Source: Eledone cirrhosa (taxonomy: Eukaryota). Taken from it: 64,000 bases of DNA. Positions 54,942 through 64,000 of the stretch are shown piece after piece; position 1 is the stretch's first letter; the number at the start of each line of letters is the position of its first letter. The notes below the pieces were generated by a model. That model was not told the origin of the DNA. It ran no database searches and was given only the letters and a program-made list of their open reading frames with translations. The stretch lies in contig CAXHJY010001764.1 of NCBI GenBank assembly GCA_964016885.1, positions 14,900-78,899 of the forward strand. The letters are read 5' to 3'. The position numbers and the translations under genes are program-made.

Positions 54942-57900
54942 AGCCACCACTACCACAGCCATCACAGCCACCACCACCATAGCCACCACTATAACAGCCA
55001 TCGCAGCCACCACCACCATAGCCACCACTACCACAGCCATCACAGCCACCACCACTACCACAGTCATCACAGCCACCACCACTATAGCCACCACTATCAC
55101 AGCCATCACAGCCACCACTATCACAGCCATCACAGCCACCACCACTACCATAGCCACCACTACCACAGCCATCACAGCCACCACCACCACCATAGCCACC
55201 ACTACCACAGCCATCACAGCCACCACCACTACCACAGTCATCACAGCCACCACCACTACCATAGCCACCACTATCACAGCCATCACAGCCACCACCACTA
55301 CCACAGCAACCACCACCACCACCATAGCCACCACTACCACAGCCACCACCACCACCACCACCACCATAGCCACCACTACCACAGCCATCACAGCCACCAC
55401 CACTACCACAGCCATCACAGCCACCACCACCACCATAGCCACCGCTACCACAGCCATCACAGCCACCACCACCACCACCACCACCATAGCCACCGCTACC
55501 ACAGCCATCACAGCCACCACCACTACCACAGCCACCACCACCACCACCATAGCCACCACTATCACAGCCATCACAGCCACCACCACTACCACAGCCACCA
55601 CCACCACCACCACCACCATAGCCACCACTACCACAGCCATCACAGCCACAGCCATCACAGCCACCACCACCACCTCAGCTACCACTACCACAGCCACCAC
55701 CACCACCACCACCACCATAGCCACCACTACCATAGCCATCACAGCCACCACCATCACCATAGCCATCACAGCCACCACCATCACCATAGCCATCACAGCC
55801 ACCACCATAGCCATCACAGCCACCACCACCACCATAGCCATCACAGCCACCACTACCATAGCCATCACAGCCACCACCACCACCATAGCCACCATAGCCA
55901 TCACAGCCACCACCATAGCCATCACAGCCACCACCACCACCATAGCCATCACAGCCACCACTACCATAGCCATCACAGCCACCACCACCACCATAGCCAT
56001 CACAGCCACCACCACCACCATAGCCATCACAGCCACCACCACCACCATAGCCATCACAGCCACCACCATAGCCATCACAGCCACCACCACCACCATAGCC
56101 ATCACAGCCACCACCACCACCATAGCCATCACCACCACCACCACCACCATAGCCATCACAGCCACCATAGCCATCACAGCCACCACCACCACCATAGCCA
56201 TCACAATAGCCATCACAGCCACCACCACCACCATAGCCATCACAGCCACCACCACCACCATAGCCATCACAGCCACCACCACCACCATAGCCATCACAGC
56301 CACCACTACCATAGCCATCACAGCCACCAGCACCACCATAGCCATCACAGCCACCACCACCACCATAGCCATCACAGCCACCACCATAGCCATCACAGCC
56401 ACCACCACCACCATAGCCATCACAGCCACCACCACCACCATAGCCATCACAGCCACCACCACCACCATAGCCATCACAGCCACCATAGCCATCACAGCCA
56501 CCACCACCACCATAGCCATCACAATAGCCATCACAGCCACCACCACCACCATAGCCATCACAGCCACCACCACCACCATAGCCATCACAGCCACCACCAC
56601 CACCATAGCCATCACAGCCACCACCACCACCATAGCCATCACAGCCACCACCACCACCATAGCCACCACAGCCACCACCACCACCATAGCCATCACAGCC
56701 ACCACCACCACCATAGCCATCACAATAGCCATCACAGCCACCACCATAGCCATCACAACCACCACCACCCCAGCCACCACTATCACAGCCATCACAGCCA
56801 CCACTACCACAGCCACCACCACCACCACCACCACCATAGCCACCACTACCATAGCCATCACAGCCACCACCATCACCATAGCCATCACAGCCACCACCAC
56901 CACCATAGCCATCACAGCCACCACCACCACCATAGCCATCACAGCCACCACTACCACAGTCATCACAGCCATCACCAGCACCTCAGCCACCACTACCATA
57001 GCCATCACAGCCACCACCACCACCATAGCCATCACAGCCACCACCACCACCATAGCCATCACAGCCACCACCACCACCATAGCCATCACAGCCACCACCA
57101 CCACCATAGCCATCACAGCCACCACCACCACCATAGCCATCACAGCCACCACCACCACCATAGCCATCACAATAGCCATCACAGCCACCACCACCACCAT
57201 AGCCATCACAACCACCACCAACCCAGCCACCACTATCACAGCCATCACAGCCACCACCACCACCATAGCCACCACTACCACAGCCACCACCACCACCACC
57301 ATAGCCACCACTACCATAGCCATCACAGCCACCACCATCACCATAGCCATCACAGCCACCACCACCACCACCATAGCCATCACAGCCACCACCACCACCA
57401 TAGCCATCACAGCCACCACTACCACAGTCATCACAGCCATCACCAGCACCTCAGCCACCACTACCATAGCCATCACAGCCACCACCACCACCATAGCCAT
57501 CACAGCCACCACCACCACCATAGCCATCACAGTCACCACCACCACCATAGCCATCACAGTCACCACCACCACCATAGCCATCACAGCCACCACCACCACC
57601 ATAGCCATCACAGCCACCACCACCACCATAGCCATCACAGCCACCACCACCACCATAGCCATCACAGCCACCACCACCACCATAGCCATCACAGCCACCA
57701 CCACCACCATAGCCATCACCACCACCACCACAGCCATCACAGCCACCATAGCCATCACAATAGCCATCACAGCCACCACCATAGCCATCACCACCACCAC
57801 CACCACCATAGCCATCACAGCCACCACCACCACCATAGCCATCACAATAGCCATCACAGCCACCACCACCACCATAGCCATCACAGCCACCACCACCACC

Positions 57901-60900
57901 ATAGCCATCACAGCCACCACCACCACCATAGCCATCACAGCCACCACCACCACCATAGCCATCACAGCCACCACTACCATAGCCATCACAGCCACCACCA
58001 CCACCATAGCCATCACAGCCACCACCACCACCATAGCCATCACAGCCACCACCACCACCATAGCCATCACAGCCACCACCACCACCATAGCCATCACCAC
58101 CACCACCACCACCATAGCCATCACAGCCACCACCACCACCATAGCCATCACAATAGCCATCACAGCCACCACCACCACCATAGCCATCACAGCCACCAAC
58201 ACCATAGCCATCACAACCACCACCACCACCATAGCCATCACAGCCACCACCACCACCATCACAGCCACCACCACCATAGCCATCACAGCCACCAACACCA
58301 CCATAGCCATCACAGCCACCACCACCACCATAGCCATCACAGCCACCAACACCATAGCCATCACAACCACCACCACCATAGCCATCACAGCCACCAACAC
58401 CACCATAGCCATCACAGCCACCAACACCATAGCCATCACAACCACCACCACCACCATAGCCATCACAGCCACCAACACCATAGCCATCACAACCACCACC
58501 ACCATAGCCATCACAGCCACCACCACCACCATAGCCATCACAGCCACCAACACCATAGCCATCACAACCAACACCACCACCATAGCCATCACAGCCACCA
58601 TCACAGCCACCACCACCATAGCCATCACAGCCACCAACACCACCATAGCCATCACAGCCACCAACACCATAGCCATCACAACCACCACCACCATAGCCAT
58701 CACAGCCACCACCACCACCACCACCATCACAGCCACCACCACCATAGCCATCACAGCCACCAACACCACCATAGCCATCACAGCCACCAACACCATAGCC
58801 ATCACAGCCACCACCACCATAGCCATCACAGCCACCAACACCACCATAGCCATCACAACCACCACCACCATAGCCATCACAGCCACCACCACCATAGCCA
58901 TCACAGCCACCAACACCACCATAGCCATCACAGCCACCAACACCACCATAGCCATCACAGCCACCAACACCATAGCCATCACAACCACCACCACCATAGC
59001 CATCACAGCCACCACCACCACCATAGCCATCACAGCCACCAACACCATAGCCATCACAACCACCACCACCACCATAGCCATCACAGCCACCAACACCACC
59101 ATAGCCATCACAGCCACCAACACCATAGCCATCACAACCACCACCACCATAGCCATCACAGCCACCACCACCATAGCCATCACAGCCACCAACACCACCA
59201 TAGCCATCACAGCCACCAACACCATAGCCATCACAGCCACCACCACCATAGCCATCACAGCCACCAACACCACCATAGCCATCACAACCACCACCACCAT
59301 AGCCATCACAGCCACCACCACCATAGCCATCACAGCCACCAACACCACCATAGCCATCACAGCCACCAACACCACCATAGCGATCACAGCCACCAACACC
59401 ATAGCCATCACAACCACCACCACCATAGCCATCACAGCCACCACCACCACCATAGCCATCACAGCCACCAACACCATAGCCATCACAACCACCACCACCA
59501 CCATAGCCATCACAGCCACCAACACCACCATAGCCATCACAGCCACCAACACCATAGCCATCACAACCACCACCACCATAGCCATCACAGCCACCACCAC
59601 CACCACCACCATCACAGCCACCACCACCATAGCCATCACAGCCACCAACACCACCATAGCCATCACAGCCACCAACACCATAGCCATCACAGCCACCACG
59701 ACCATAGCCATCACAGCCACCAACACCACCATAGCCATCACAACCACCACCACCATAGCCATCACAGCCACCACCACCATAGCCATCACAGCCACCAACA
59801 CCACCATAGCCATCACAGCCACCAACACCACCATAGCCATCACAGCCATCACAACCACCACCACCATAGCCATCACAGCCACCAACACCATAGCCATCAC
59901 AACCACCACCACCATAGCCATCACAGCCACCACCACCACCATAGCCATCACAGCCACCAACACCATAGCCATCACAACCACCACCACCATAGCCATCACA
60001 GCCACCACCACCACCATAGCCATCACAGCCACCACCACCATAGCCATCACAACCACCACCACCATAGCCATCACAACCACCACCACCATAGCCATCACAG
60101 CCACCACCACCACCATAGCCATCACAACCACCACCACCATAGCCATCACAGCCACCACCACCACCATCACAGCCACCACCACCATAGCCATCACAGCCAC
60201 CAACACCACCATAGCCATCACAGCCACCACCAACACCATAGCCATCACAACCACCACTACCATAGCCACAACCACGACCACCATAGCCATCACAGCCACC
60301 ACCACCACCATAGCCATCACAGCCACCACCACCATAGCCATCACAGCCACCACCACCACCATCACAGCCACCACCACCACCATAGCCATCACAGCCACCA
60401 CCACCATAGCCATCACAGCCACCACCACTACCATAGCCACAACCACCACTACCATAGCCACCACCACCACCATAGCCATCACAGCCACCACCACCACCAT
60501 AGCCATCACAGCCACCACCACTACCATAGCCATCACAGCCACCACCACTACCATAGCCACCACCACCACCATAGCCATCACAGCCACCACCATAGCCATC
60601 ACAGCCACCAACACCACCATAGCCATCACAGCCACCACCACTACCATAGCCACAACCACCACCACCATAGCCATCACAACCACCACCATAGCCATCACAA
60701 CCACCACTACCATAGCCATCACAGCCACCACCACTACCATAGCCATCACAGCCACCACCACTACCATAGCCACAACCACCACCACCATAGCCATCACAAC
60801 CACCACCATAGCCATCACAACCACCACTACCATAGCCATCACAGCCACCACCACTACCATAGCCACAACCACCACCACCATAGCCATCACAACCACCACC

Positions 60901-61197
60901 ATAGCCATCACAACCACCACTACCATAGCCATCACAGCCACCACCACCATAGCCATCACAGCCACCACCACTACCATAGCCATCACAGCCACCACCACTA
61001 CCATAGCCACAACCACCACCACCATAGCCATCACAACCACCACCATAGCCATCACAGCCACCAACACCATAGCCATCACAACCACCACTACCATAGCCAT
61101 CACAGCCACCACCACCACCATAGCCATCACAACCACCACTACCATAGCCATCACAGCCACCACCACTACCATAGCCACCACCACCACAACCACCAGT
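54942..61197. repeat. ~6.25 kb trinucleotide-built satellite, unit (CAC)n-CAT-AGC-CAT-CAC-AGC
   Basis: Directly visible; explains the three >2000 aa ORFs. Confidence 0.95.
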
Positions 61198-61334
61198 GGT
61201 CTAACATAAAATTGAATACCTTTACCAGACAACTGTGTAGATGGCGCTGTCTTCAATGTACTCAGTAAATTAATGATATTTAAGATAATTACTAAATTAG
61301 AATGATTAAGTTATTCTAATTATCATTAATATCT

Positions 61335-63077
61335 ACACCACCATCATTATTACAACCACCAGCATCACCACCACCACCACCACCATTACCATCATCACCA
61401 CCATTACCACCATCACCACCAAAACCATCATCACCATTACCACCACCACCATTACTACCACAACCATCACCACCACAACCACCATTACCACCACAACCAT
61501 CACCTCCACAACCACCAGCATCACCACCACAACCACCACCATCATTACCACAACCACCACCATTACCACCACTACCACAGGCATCACGGCCACCACCACT
61601 ACCATAGACACCACTATCACAGCCATCACAGCCACCACTACCACAGTCATCACAACCACCACTACCACCATAGTCATCACAGCCACCACCACCACCACCA
61701 CCATAGCCATCACTACCACAGCCATCACAGCCACCACCACTACCATAGACACCACTATCACAGCCATCACAGCCACCACTACCACAGTCATCACAACCAC
61801 CACTACCACCATAGTCATCACAGCCACCACCACCACCACCACCATAGCCATCACTACCACAGCCATCACAGCCACCACCACTACCATAGACACCACTATC
61901 ACAGCCATCACAGCCACCACTACCACAGTCATCACAACCACCACTACCACCATAGTCATCACAGCCACCACCACCACCACCACCATAGCCATCACTACCA
62001 CAGCCATCACAGCCACCACCACTACCATAGACACCACTATCACAGCCATCACAGCCACCACTACCACAGTCATCACAACCACCACTACCACCATAGTCAT
62101 CACAGCCACCACCACCACCACCACCACCACCATAGCCATCACTACCACAGCCATCACAGCCACCACCACTACCATAGACACCACTATCACAGCCATCACA
62201 GCCACCACTACCACAGTCATCACAACCACCACTACCACCATAGTCATCACAGCCACCACCACCACCACCACCACCATAGCCATCACTACCACAGCCATCA
62301 CAGCCACCACCACTACCATAGACACCACTATCACAGCCATCACAGCCACCACTACCACAGTCATCACAACCACCACTACCACCATAGTCATCACAGCCAC
62401 CACCACCACCACCATAGCCATCACTACCACAGCCATCACAGCCACCACCACTACCATAGACACCACTATCACAGCCATCACAGCCACCACTACCACAGTC
62501 ATCACAACCACCACTACCACCATAGTCATCACAGCCACCACCACCACCACCACCATAGCCATCACTACCACAGCCATCACAGCCACCACCACTACCATAG
62601 ACACCACTATCACAGCCACCACTACCACAGTCATCACAACCACCACTACCACAGTCATCACAACCACCACTACCACAGTCATCACAGCCATCACAGCCAC
62701 CACTACCATAGTCATCACAACCACCACCACCACCACCACCATAGCCATCACTACCACAGCCATCACAGCCACCACCATAGCCACCACTATCACAGCCATC
62801 ACCAGCACCATAGCCATCACAACCACCACCTCAGCCACCACTACCATAGCCATCACAGCCACCACCACCACCATAGCCATCACAGCCACCACCACCACCA
62901 TAGCCATCACCACCATAGCCATCACAGCCCACCACCACCATAGCCATCACAGCCACCACCACACATAGCCATCACAGCCACACCACCCCATAGCCATCCA
63001 GCCACCACCATCACCATAGCCATCACAGCCACCACCACCACCATAGCCATCACAGCCACCACCACCACCATAGCCAT
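61335..63077. repeat. Second related array with ~141 bp higher-order repeat (about 7 copies)
   Basis: CATAGCCATCACTACC recurs at 61702, 61843, 61984, 62131, 62275, 62413 and 62554. Confidence 0.92.
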
Positions 63078-63720
63078 AATGTGGGCTGGGTTCTTTTTGT
63101 CATGACACCTACACCACTTTACAGTGGGCACTTTTTGTCATGCCACCTACACAACCGCTTTACAGTGTGGGCAGGGCACTTTTTGTTGTGTCGCCATCAC
63201 AACCACTTTATAGAGTGGGGTGGAGTGTTACCACATGAGAGGTGTTTGGAGGTGAAGGTGGTGCATACTATATGTATGCTTCAGCCTGTGCTCATGGGAA
63301 CGCGCATCTTCAGTATTAATACATAACGCCAAAGATCTCGGTCCTGAGAGGTGCAATGTCAAGTTTTATCACCTCATCTTAAGTCTTCTAGCTCTTCCTA
63401 CTCCATAGTTTCCATCAACTTTGAGCGCTCTGCACCTTTTTATACAGCTGTCATCCTTCATACCCATCACATGCAATCTCCTTTCTGCACACAGCATCTG
63501 ATCCCCCTTTTGCCTAGTTTCTCTCTCAGTTCATTATGCTTTGCCATTTAATGTATATTACTACAGGTAAAAGTCCGTTATAACGAATACCATTATAACA
63601 AAATTTCTTTCAATTCCCGGCCACAAGCTCGATGTGTTTGGTCGATTTTGTTATAAAGAATTTTTCGTCTTAACAGAATTTCACTGTATTACACATCCAT
63701 TGAAGCATACAAACTTCAAT
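63078..63720 (-). mobile_element. Decayed RTE 3' fragment interrupted by a DNA-transposon-like insert (~63563-63688)
   Basis: Homology to the RTE ORF end and 3' UTR resumes at 63689 (TTACACATCCA). Confidence 0.7.
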
Positions 63721-63721
63721 A

Positions 63722-64000
63722 TACACTGTGTTTCAAATAATTAACAGCGTAAAACTTTTTTATTTTATTTAAAAAACTACTCATTGGAATTCAACAAATT
63801 TTCCACAGAACGATGGCAACAGTTATAAGCGTGTGGTGTCTAAAAATCGTCAGGTTTTGCACAAGTGTAAACAAACCATGATCATTTGCAAGATTTCTAC
63901 GAACTTTCAGTGTTCAAAATTATTAACAAGTAGTCTGATAATCGTGTAATTATGGGTCATAAATGTGATTTAACTGCTTAAGAGTAATCTGTTATTACTT
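63722..64000. mobile_element. Possible Tc1/mariner terminal region
   Basis: TA|CACTGTGTTTCAAATAA start resembles mariner TIRs; partner TIR not in window. Confidence 0.3.

Noticed and set aside
54915-61268. 2117 aa His-rich protein as a CDS
   Set aside because: No signal peptide or unique domain, three frames equally open, and no GHG-type motif of known cephalopod His-rich beak proteins.

Overview
Repeat-dominated eukaryotic DNA with no host protein-coding gene that I can support. The SINE/RTE repertoire suggests an octopus-like cephalopod, which is inference only. Long (TA/TG)n microsatellites act as landing sites for several element types. (i) At least three families of RTE-clade LINEs, all disrupted or truncated, whose RT carries an inserted C4HC3 PHD-like finger. 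(ii) Penelope-like elements (PLEs) of the Naiad type: one GIY-YIG-coding copy, one internally deleted copy and many terminal fragments. (iii) Helitron remnants that carry a captured PLE end. (iv) tRNA-derived SINEs, CRE-like retrotransposon relics and pogo/mariner relics. An ~8 kb trinucleotide-built satellite lies at the right end. The most notable signal not shown by the ORF track is about ten type I hammerhead-ribozyme motifs from several families: six have an intact core and the rest are degenerate. One three-copy family shows stem II covariation around a conserved C-C mismatch. The Naiad terminus carries a conserved non-canonical hammerhead-like motif, and fold-back palindromes occur repeatedly at element ends. 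Most long ORFs in the track are artefacts of simple repeats.
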